Shown here piece after piece: positions 54,069-64,000 of a DNA stretch of 64,000 nucleotides. Source of the DNA: Parvularia atlantis (taxonomy: Eukaryota). The notes below the pieces were generated by a model. The model worked only from the letters and a program-made list of their open reading frames with translations. It did no database searches and had not been told where the DNA came from. A program made the position numbers and the translations under genes. How positions within the stretch are numbered: the stretch's first letter is position 1; every line of letters begins with the position of its first letter. The DNA lies in NCBI GenBank assembly GCA_943704415.1, contig CALSCO010000711.1:1-64000 (forward strand), read 5' to 3'.

Positions 54069-55200
54069 ATGTCGTCGGTCCAGGTTCGGCCTGGGCGTCT
54101 GTCGTTCAAGGGCGGGTGCGCACGGACCGCCGCGGCCAGGCGCGCACGCCGGCTGAGCGTGTGTGTGGCGCGCAGCGAGCCGGCGGCGGCTGCCAAGGCC
54201 AAGGGCACGAAGCGAAAGGCCGACAAGGTCGAGGAGGTCACGGACGGTGCACCGCGGGCGCGTCCCTGGCAGGCGACTGACGGGCGGCGGCGCGCGCCGG
54301 CAGTGTGGGTGCGGGTCGAGTCGCTCGCAGACTTCTCTGGGCCGCTGTTTGTGTGCATCGCGGGCGGGGCCAAGTGCGTCGCGGTGTGTGCAGGCGGACA
54401 AACAGGCCAGCGACAACACTGCTGACGCGCCAGGCGCGCCAGAGCACCGAGGGCAACGAGGTCAAGCTCGTCAACACGCCCAAGACGCCCGAGGGCAAGG
54501 ACGAGCCGGACGCGGTCGGTGCGCAGGCGGCGCGGCGCCCCCCTCGCCGCCGCAGCCGCGGCTGAGCGGCGCGCAGGCCAGGTGTTTGTGGCGCACCAGC
54601 TGCTGCCGGGCGTGGTCTCGCTCAAGTCGGCCCACGGACGGTACCTGAGCTCGGACAAGTTTGGCATCGTGTCGCTCGCGCGCGAGGCGGTGGGCCCGCA
54701 GGTGCGGCGTCGCGCGCTGGTCGGACACGGCCGACGTGCGTGTGCGCGCACTAGGAAGAGTGGACGGTTGTGCTGCGCGAGGACGGCGTCGCGTTCCAGA
54801 GCAAGTACGACAAGTTCCTCATGGCCGAGGAGGAGCGCGGCGGCCTGCGCGCCGACAGCGAGCACGTCGGCTTCGCCGAGACCTTCCTGGTCAAGTGCCA
54901 GGCCGCGCGCCGGCTCGAGCTGCGCAAAAAGCAGCAGGCCAAGGAGGAGAAGGCGGCGCGCGACCTCGAGCTCGAGACAGTGTGCGTGGCGCGTGCGAGG
55001 ATGCACCGGGGTGCGCGTGCGCGTGACGCCCCGCCCGACCGCGACCGCGCAGCAAGAAGTTCCAGGCGTGGGGCGGCGGGCGCGTGCACATGACCAAGGA
55101 GGACGAGGAGGAGCTGAAGCGGGCGCGGACCGAGGGCCAGCTGAACGAGCTGCTGCTGGACCGGCGCGCCAAGATGAAGTCTGACAAGCACTGCAAGTGA
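54069..55200 (+). CDS. FRG1: FRG1-like protein
   Basis: GRLSFKG, VSLKSAHGRYLSSDKFGIV..REAVGPQEEW, KKFQAWG, ELLLDRRAKMKSDKHCK*. Confidence 0.9.
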
Positions 55201-55479
55201 GCACGTGTCCTGCAGGGGGGGTGCGGTTGCGTCAGCAGCCGGGTCGACCAGGCAAAGACAGGACGATTTAGGGCCTATTACAGAGGGGACTCGAAAGTCT
55301 TTGTTTTCTCTGCTCGTCCCGCCCCCGACACCACCCGACCGCGCGCCCCACCGCGCGCGACCGAGCCGTCAGGACCCGCGGCGACGAGACCAACGGAAGG
55401 GTCACCGCACTCTCGCGCCATCTCAGCAGCCCGCTGAGGGGGACCGCCCCGTCCACCGACCGCCCCGAGCGAGGCCAGA

Positions 55480-56100
55480 ATGCCCGTCGGCGCGCCCGGC
55501 CCGCCGCGCCAGCCGCGTGCGGCGCCAAGGGAGCCCCGCGCCCCGAGCGCGACGGACGGCCTGCGGGCCGGCCACTTGAGCGAGCCTAGCCTCTCGCTGC
55601 AGTGGTCGCGCCTCGTGGGCCTGCTCCGTCAGCAGGAGGAGCGTGCGTGCCCCCTCGCGCCGTCTCCGACTGTGCAGGCAGGCTGCGCGTGCCCGCAGGA
55701 CCCGGCCGCGTTCGCTCGGACGCGCGTCGTGGCGGGCGGCCTGCAGGAGTGCTACATCGAGCTTGAAAAAAAGTGCGTGCCGCCCCGCGCACGCACGTCT
55801 CACACGCGTTTCGAAGCAAGGCAGACCGCCGCGTTGGAGAAGGCTTCCTTCGCGGCCGCGGTCTCGGCGCGTGCGTTCGGCAACGGACGTGCGAGCCGGT
55901 TCCATGGCACCCACACCCGGCCCCCGCGGCGGGCCGCGTCGTCGTCTGGTCGTCTGCAGGTGCGCGAACGCCTCGCCTTTCGTTGTTGTTCTGACCGCGG
56001 CCGAGCGCGCTCGGCGCGACACAACGCAGCAATGTCGACGGCCGGTCGCGCGCGGCTGCGGCCCCGAGGGCCACCGTGGTCGTTCCCAACAAGCCTCCAC
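55480..56100 (+). CDS. Possible orphan spliced gene; end uncertain
   Basis: Stop-free frame with typical GTGCG..CAG/AAG intron-like segments (~55642, ~55773, ~55960). No recognised domain. Confidence 0.3.
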
Positions 56101-56501
56101 GCGATCACCTGCATGCGGGTGCGTGAGGCCCGTGCGGGGCCGCGTTTTTGTCGTCGCGCCGTGTCCGCGCCTCTGGACCTTTGCCTCGTGCTCTTCTGCT
56201 CGACCGTCTGCCGCGCGCCTGCGCCCCCTGTGCCGATCTGCGGGTCGGTGCGGTGCGGGGCGGGCGTCGCCGGCGGGCGCCAAGGGCGAGGGCGCGGGCA
56301 TCGGCGCCGGGGGGCGTCGGGCGCGTGCGGGGCGACGGCGGCTCTGCGCGGGACTGTGGAAGGGAGGGGCCACATCCCTGGCTGTGTCGAGCCCACCCCA
56401 CCCATGAGTGAGCACGGCAGCCTGTGTTGTGTCTGCCCCCCCAAGCGCGAAGCTGTCAGTTCCACATGCTCAGGCGCCTGCTGCGCCGCATCCGACGCAC
56501 G

Positions 56502-59054
56502 ATGTCCATGACGGCCGATGCCCAACTGCAGGACGCGCGCGACGACGCCTTCTTCCGCGGCACGGCGCTACCGGGCCCGCGTGCGCGCGCGCTCAAGTCG
56601 GTCGCTGAGATGCGCCGCTGGACGGCCGCAGCCGACGACCCGCCGCGCGCGACGGTCGCGCCGCTGCAGCCGCGTGCGCGCGATGCCGACGGTGCGTGCG
56701 CCTTCGTGCGCCTGTCCCGTGCGCCCACGCCGCCGTGCGCACAGCCCCGCGCGTCATCCTCTGCCACGACATGATGGGCAACTTCCTGGCCGACGCGGCG
56801 CACCAGACCGACCTCTCGCCGTTGCGTCCGTCATCGCTCGTTTGTTGTCGACGCCGCTCAACCCGCCCGACGCACCAACGCAGGGTGCAGCACTTCACGT
56901 TCCACTACTGGCACATCGTCGACGTCTTCATCTACTTTAGCCACGACCGCTGCGCCATCCCGCCGCCGCAGTGGATCGACACGGCGCACCGGCACGGCGT
57001 GCAGGCGAGCGCGCACGACACACGCACACGTGCAGCATCGCACTCACCCTCAAAGCCGCGCCCAGGTCCTCGGCACGTTCATCACCGAATGGGACGACGG
57101 CAAGAAGGACAACCGCGCCGTGCTCGAGCGCGACCCGGTCACGGGCCGCTTCGTCATGATCCAGCCGTTTGGTGCGGGCGACGGCACAACGCGCGCCGCG
57201 GCTTGACGCCGCCGCCAGTCGACATCATGCTGCATTACCAGTTTGACGGCTGGTTCTTCAACGTCGAGAGCGCTCTCGACTCGGCTGAGCAGGTGCGCTG
57301 CGACCGACCGCCCGCTCGCCCGCCACAGGCCCTCACACGGCGTCCACCAAAGGCCGAGGAGCTCGCGATCTTCCTGGGCGAGCTGCGCGAGGCGATGCAT
57401 GCGGCCGCGCCCGGGTCGCTGCTCGTCTGGTGCGTCGCCGTGCGCACAACGGTGCCGCGCTGCGCCCGTGCTCACCAGCCCGCTGGCCCGCCTCCAGGTA
57501 CGACAGCGTCACCAGTGACGGCCGCCTCGCATGGCAGAACGAGCTCAACTTCCGCAACAAGGTCTTCTTCGACAACACCGACGCCATCTTCACCAACTAC
57601 ACGTGGAAGGCGCACCAGCCGGCGAGCTCGGCCGGTGCGCGGGCGCGGGCAGCTGGGCGCGGGCGGCTGGGCGTGCGCGCCTGACACACTGTCGCCTCGC
57701 AAGAAACCGCGGGGGCGCGCAGGCGCGACGTCTACTGCGGCATCGACTGCTTTGGCCGCAACACGTTTGGCGGTGGCGGCTTCGACGCGTGGAAGGCACG
57801 TGCGCGCGCGCGCTGCCGACCTTGCCCCGTCTCAGACGGCGCGCGCAGGCCGTCGACGTGTGCGTCAAGGCGAGGACGTCTGTTGCCGTGTTTGCGCCCG
57901 GCTGGACGTGGGAGGTCGTGTCTGACAAGGGCAGACTTGACTTTTTCGGCGTGACGCAGCGGCTCTGGGTCGCCGCTACGGGTGTGTGCGGCGTCTCTGT
58001 CGCAGGCACACGCGGTTCACGTCGCTGGCAGAGTCGATCGGGGCCTTGCTCGCGCCCCACAGCGCCCCGGGCACGTCCGAGTTCTTCACCAACTTTTGCC
58101 GCGGCACAGGCGCACGCTTCTTCCGAGCGGGCAGGGCCGTGCACGAGGGTGTGTGCACTGCTTGTTGCCGTGCGCGCGTGGCTGACGTGCGTGGGTGCAG
58201 GCCGCTGGTGCCACCTGGCGCTGCAGCAGCCGCAGCCCAGCTGGCCGGCGCGCCTGCGTCTGCACGAGTCGCCCGAGGGCGTCGACTTGGCCCTGCCCTG
58301 GCACGCGCTGCTGTCAGACGAGGTGCGCGGTGGCTGTGGCGGTGGTGCATGCAGCAGCTGAGGGGTCGCGCGGCGCAGGACGCGTTCGAGGGAGGCCAGA
58401 GCCTGCAGCTGCGCGTCGGTGCCGCGGCCGGCACCGAGGCCATCGTCGCGCCGCTGTTCAAGCTGCAGCACACGGTCGCCGCGGTGCAACGCGTACGCGG
58501 CCGAAGCAATTGCTGACGGCGCCGGTGCAGGGCACGTGGCTCGTCGCGACCGTGCGCGCGGAGGGCACCATCGCGGCTGCCCTGCGTCTCACGGTGGACG
58601 GCGCGCCCGGCCCGCTGCTTTTTGGCGTCAAAGGCGCGGTAGACGGCGCCGCGGAGCCGTCGCAGAGCACCGCTGAAAACGGCGTGTGGCGCACGCTCGC
58701 GTTTGACGCGGGCGTTGCCGGCGTCGCCACCGAGCTGGCGGTCGTCATCCACCCGAGCGGCGCGCCGGGCACGCTGCACATCGGCCGCATCCAGGTGCGC
58801 GCCGAGGCCCGCCGCGTAACGACGGCCGACGCTGAGTGCGCGCGCAGCTGGGCCCGCACAAGCACTTTGCCGCCGAACGTGAGCGGCCGTCTGCCTCGCT
58901 CGACGCTGCACGCACGCGCGTAACGTGGGCGGGCGACGGCACGGGCGGGCACGTCTTTGTGAACGACCGGTGGGCGGGCTTCACGATGGCCGAGCACTTT
59001 GTGCTGACCGCGCCCGTGGCCAACGATGCGACCGTGCGCGTTGTCGCACCGTGA
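56502..59054 (+). CDS. ENGASE: Endo-beta-N-acetylglucosaminidase (GH85)
   Basis: LCHDMMGNF, VDVFIYFSH, IPPPQWIDTAHRHGVQVLGTFITEW, YQFDGWFFNVE, WYDSVTSDGRLAWQNELN, IFTNYTW, VYCGIDCFGR, SVAVFAPGW. Start could be 56466. Confidence 0.93.
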
Positions 59055-59114
59055 TGCTCTTGTGTTGTTCTCTCGCATGAAGACTCAGTGTGCACACAAC
59101 TCGTGCGGCCGTCG

Positions 59115-62100
59115 TCAGTCGTCCTCCTTGTCGAGGTGCGCGAACGAGAAGGGCTGGAACTTGTACCCGTCGCCCTTGTAAAACTTGTTGTTGAACTCGA
59201 CCCTGCCGCGTCGTGTCAGCGACGTATCTGGTGCGCACCACCGCACGCACCAGTGCAGGCGCAGCGCGTGCAGGAACGCCGACAGGCCTTCCATCACCAG
59301 CAGGATGAAGATCGTGAGCGCGAACCACCCGGCAAAGCCAGCAAACAGGCCCAGCGCAGCGATGAAGCTGGCAGGCCGCGTCAGTCACGCACGAGCGCGC
59401 GCGCACCCGCGGCGCAACCGCAGCGCACCCACTCATGCCGTAAAACTGGCTCAGCGTCATCGTCCACAGCACCTCCGCGAGCTCTGGCGCACGGGCGCGT
59501 CAGGCGTGCGAGCGCTTGCCGCGGGGGCAGACGCACGGGCGTGCGCGAGCGACAGCGCCCATAGCCGCAAGTACGAGGCCGTGTTGGAGATGCAGCCGAG
59601 ACAGAACTCGATCGTGTGGATCGTCTGGTGCACAAAGATCTCGCCAAACTCAAACTGCGCGCCGCATCAGCACCCTTGCGCGCGCGCCGCCCTGCCATCG
59701 CGCCGCACCTCCTCGCCGTGCTCGCCGTGCGCGTGGCCGTGCCCGCCCGCGCTCTCGCCGTTGTGGTGCTCGTCGTCGGCGACCCCCTCGGCGGCCGGGT
59801 TGCGCATGGACGTGATGTGGACGTCGTCGCCGTCGTGTTGGTCGACTGGCGGGGCAGGCGGTCGGGCGTGAACACTGCGCACCGCACGCGCATGGCACGC
59901 ACCCGTCACGCTGTGCAGGTGGTTGTAGTCCGGGCCGCTCTTCTTCTTGTTGTGGTAGTAGCGCAGCACAAACGGCTTGACGAGGAGCATCCACGGCACG
60001 CAGATGACCGCGATGATCACGAGGATCAGCTGCAGCGAGCCCTGCGCGGTTGGTCGGCGGTCAGCGCACAGCTCCATGCCCGGCACGCGCGCGCACACCT
60101 GGCCCTCGTAGAGATGCTGGCCGTCCTTGACTTTGCCGGGCGAGAGGAACATGTTGATGAGCATGTTGAGCAGCGACGGCGGCGGGATGACGTCCCACGG
60201 TTGAGTCCACTTGTAGATGATCGTCGCGACGAGGTAGCCAAAGATCGCCTGCGCGCGGCGCGCATCAGCGCCCGGTGCCGCGCTCGCTGCGCGCGCACCT
60301 GCAGGAAGAGCATCTGCGGCACAAACTCGTTGATAATCGACAGCCAGTCCTTGCGGAAGAGCATGTTGTACAGGCTGAGGATGACGCCAAAGGTCATCTG
60401 CGCGCGGCGTCGTTCAGGCCTGCGTCTTTGGCATGCATGTGCGCCACACCTGAATTACGCCAAAGATCACCGACATCTTCATCTTGTACGAGTTGGAGAA
60501 GATGAGCAGGTTGTCGGAGCCGTACCAGCCGGGGTCGACACTGATCCACCGCCGCGCGCGTCAGATGTGCGCGGGCGGCGCGGGCGGCGCGCACCCGACT
60601 GGGTAGACGTGTCCCGTGAAGTGGCCCTCCTGCAACGTCACGTTCGGGATGCGCTCAAACTCCCAGCCCGACTCGCCGAAGATCTCCGTCGACCTGGAAA
60701 AGATGTCGTTGTAGATCAGGCCGGTGTAGATCGAGAAGATGCCCATGAGCAGCAGGATGTAGCGGCCGCCGTAGAGCATGTTGAAGATCTGCGCGGGCCG
60801 TATGAGCCTCGCGCGACACACGCAGGCATTTGTGCGCTCCCGACGCGCCTCGTTGCCGCGCGCCGTCTCCTTCAGGTCCTTCTCCTTGATCACGATGTAC
60901 ACCGCGACTATCGTCACGAGGATGCCGTGGCCAAAGTCGCCAAACATGACCGCGAACAGGAACGGGAACGTGATGATGCTGCGCGCGGCGAGCCGTAAGC
61001 CCCCAGGGCGTCCAACGCCCCGCACACGCGCGCGAACCTGAACAGGGCCGGGTTGACCTCCTGGTACTGCGCGATGCCGTACGCGTCGACGATGACCTGC
61101 CCCCCCGGTGCCGTCAGCGGCCGACGATCGACCGCGCGCGCGCACCTGGAAGCCGTTGGTGAATTTGTTGGTGCGGTGGAACGTGGGCGGGGTCTCGTGC
61201 GTCTTGAGCACGTTGATCACGGTCGACACGACGGCTTGCGACTTTTCCTGCGTGTTGCACGCACGTCAGCCCCCGTGCAGCACGCCGAATCGCACGTGGT
61301 ACGCACCCGGGCCGTCTCGAGCGCGACCTGGATGTCCACGAGCGACTTGGTCGGACACCAGCCCTCGGCCACGAGCGCCTTAGACGCGATGTCAAAGTTG
61401 AACAGGTTGAGCGTGTGGAAGATGCTCTTCTCCTGCGGACAGGCCCGGCGGCAGCGTCAGGGCCGGGCTAGCAGCAAAGGTGGCGAGCACCATCAGCACG
61501 AGCGACGTAGCCGCGTCCATCTGCGCCGCGATAGCCAGCAACACGCGCTTGCGGTGTTCGTGCGTCTTGTCGATCACCTGCGGAGCGCGATCAGCTGCTC
61601 GCCCTGCGCCGTCGCGCGCCGAGGCCCACGCACGCTCGTGAGGTCCTCCAGGCGCGACGTCACATTCTGCAGCAGCGCGTGGCGGTCCGAGCCGCTGTCC
61701 GGGCACGGGTACAGCGTCGCGCCAAAGCTCTCGCTCAGCTGCGTCGCCGGGTCAGCACGCAAACACGCACACGCGCCCGACAGGGGGCGTGCTTTGCGGA
61801 TCTTGCTCTGCAGGGTCGTGCCCTGGACAAAGACGACGAACGTGTTCTTCTCGACGGGTTTGTCGCTGCCAATCTCTTTAATCGGCTGCGCACGGCGTCA
61901 GACCGGCTCGCACAGCACGCTGGCGAGGCACCCGACCTCGGTGATCTCGTCCGACTGCATGATCAGGTTGCCGCGCAGCGCACGCCACAGCACGCGCTCG
62001 AACGTGTGCACTTTGGCGCGCGGGATCACGCCCGAGAGGAAGCCGAGGCGGTTCGAGTCGCCCGCGGCGGCAAAGTCGCCACTGCGCAGGTTGTCGAGCT

Positions 62101-62961
62101 GGATGTCGCCCGCGCCAATCAGGCCCACGTTGTCGTCCTCAAGCATGCGGTGCTGGCCACGCTCGACCTGGCGGCGCACGCTGTCGGTGCCCTCGGACTG
62201 CCGCACCGCGCGGGGAGCGTGAGCGTGAGCGTGCGTGTAAGCGTGGCATAAAGTGCGGCGCACCTCGTTGAAGACCTTGTCGGCCGTCTGGAGCACATAC
62301 TTGAGCTCGGTCAGCTCGATGAAGCTCTTGAGCAGCGCCTCCTCGTGCCGGTTCATGTTGATGATCTCGCCCTCGAGCCGAGCGAGCTTCTCCTGCGAGC
62401 GGGGCGCGGCGTGCGCACGAGTCACCGGCGTGCCGGGCAGGGCCAAAGTCGCCGCCACCTCCAGCTCCTGCGCCTCCTGCTGGGAGCGGTCGGTGCTCGT
62501 GTCGAGCATGAGGTGCGCGTCCTCCAGCTCGAGGTTGGCGCGGGCGATCTCCTTGGCCAGGAACCCTGACGCGCCAGCCGCGCGAGCCGCGCGGGTGAAC
62601 GGCGCGCACGACAGACGAGAGAGAACGGCACGCACGAAGCTTGCGTTCCATCTCCTCGCAGCGGCGGATGTCGCCGACAAACTTGCGCTGGAACGGGTTG
62701 ATGTGCGGGTTGAGCTGCAGAGGCGCGTGAGGGCTGCTGCGGCGGGAGGATTTCGGCAGGTGTGGAGCGCACGTCGCGGAACTGGACCATGCCCAGGTGG
62801 CCGAGCTCGTTGACGACGGCGTGCGCCGACTCAAACTGGATGAAGAGCTGGATCAGCGTCATGTCCTCGGAGCGGAAGAGGGCCCTTGGCACGCGGGCGC
62901 GAGGCGTCAGGTCGCGGGCCAGCAGGCGGATGCCGCGCGAGAGCCACGCGGCGCACCCCAT
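59115..62961 (-). CDS. ATP6V0A: V-type ATPase V0 subunit a
   Basis: [107 protein letters not shown]. Confidence 0.97.
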
Positions 62962-63142
62962 GGCTGCTGCTTTCGGCGCGCGCGGACGGCGCCGTCCGCA
63001 CGGTGCGGGAGCGGAAGGGGCGGCCTGTGCGTGTGTCGCGATGAGTGAGTGGGCGATAGCGGCCCAAAAGCAGGCAGGCGGGAGCGGGCGTGCGCGCGGT
63101 CGACCCGCTGGTCGTTCGGCGCGATGCAGTTAGTGTGCGGGC

Positions 63143-64000
63143 ATGATGGACAGCGCGGCTCTGGACGAGACCGGCGACTCCACCGACAAGCGGCCGCTGC
63201 TCCTCGGCGAGAGCGCGAGCACGGACGCGAGCATCAACGCCGGGCCGCCGGGTGGCGCCGCGCAGGACGGCGATCACGTGACCAGCCTGCGCGACGTCGC
63301 GTGGCTCGCGCTCGCGTTCCTCTTCCTGTTTTCGGCGTTCACCGTGACCCAGGTGCGGACGAAAGCGACCACCCCGCGCGCCCGCCTGCCTGACCCTGCG
63401 AGTGCGCCGCTGCAGAACCTCGCCTCGTCGATCTTCGTCGGACAGGTCGGCTTCTGGAGCCTCGGGACGCTCTACATCGTGTTCGCGGTCGTCAACCTCG
63501 TCGCGAGCAGCATCACACGCGCGCTCGGGCTCAAGTGACGTGCCGCCCTTCAGCCGCCGCAGCGCACGCCTGACCCGCTCCGCGGCGCAGGTGGGCGCTC
63601 TTCCTCGGCGCGAGCACGTACGTCTGGTACGTCGTGGCCAACGTGATCGCGATCCGCAACGGCGACAGCGAGCTGGTGCAGTACGCGGTCATGATCCCCT
63701 CGGCCGCGCTCCTCGGCGCCGGCGCGGCGACGATCTGGACGGCGCAGGGCGCGTACGTGACGTACTGCTCGAGCACGGCCGACCTCGGCACAGCCAACGG
63801 CCTCTTCTTCTTCATCTTCATGGGCAACCAGATCCTCGGCAACGTCGGCGCGGCCGTCCTGTTCACGCTGAGCGTCAAAGTGGTGCGCGCGTGCATGGCC
63901 GACGCCGCTCCCCCGGCCGCGCTCAGCGCCCGCTCGTGGCCGCAGGAGCTCGTGTTTGAGATCTTGGCGGGCGCGGGTGGACTCGGCCTGCTGCTGTTCC
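63143..64000 (+). CDS. UNC-93/MFSD11-like MFS transporter, truncated by the window end
   Basis: AFLFLFSAFTVTQNLASS, GFWSLGTLYIVFAV, AALLGAGAATIWTAQGAYVT, GLFFFIFMGNQILGN. Confidence 0.88.

Noticed and set aside
55265..55300. TTTAGGG as a telomerase template, or GGGGACT/GAAAGTC as RNase MRP boxes
   Set aside because: Only one repeat unit, and the MRP-like boxes are in the wrong order.

Overview
Eukaryotic, very GC-rich, gene-dense nuclear DNA. About 25 intron-rich housekeeping genes are packed end to end. The supplied ORF track is mostly shadow ORFs, so genes were rebuilt by hand from conserved motifs and splice signals. Order: Ras (fungal Ras2-type), GBF1/Gea Sec7 Arf-GEF, DDX21-like helicase, EIF1AD, pirin, NAA40, an orphan type-I membrane protein, an SREBP-type bHLH, AP-3 beta, a LYR protein, enoyl-CoA hydratase, a PX-DEP-C1-Pro-rich protein, FCP1/CTDP1, Rab11, a small 2-TM protein, SMARCC/SWI3, a fasciclin protein, a TBC Rab-GAP, myosin-I (SH3), GGTase-I beta, RBBP6/Mpe1, FRG1, a possible orphan gene, ENGase (GH85), V-ATPase subunit a, and a truncated UNC-93-like MFS gene. 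Introns are mostly 50-65 nt, with GTGCG donors, CTGAC/CTCAC branch points and no polypyrimidine tract. The mix of fungal-like and animal/amoeba-like features suggests a non-fungal or early-branching holomycotan such as a nucleariid; this is an inference. Most notable: at least 16 GC-AG introns; intergenic gaps of 26-55 bp, including same-strand pairs and one pair whose start codons may overlap; a candidate poison exon in RBBP6; a candidate H/ACA RNA; a PX-DEP-C1 scaffold architecture I do not recognise; and a SWI3 with both the animal N-terminal module and a ZZ finger. No transposon, CRISPR array, rRNA or tRNA was recognised. Exon boundaries are manual and need RNA-seq.
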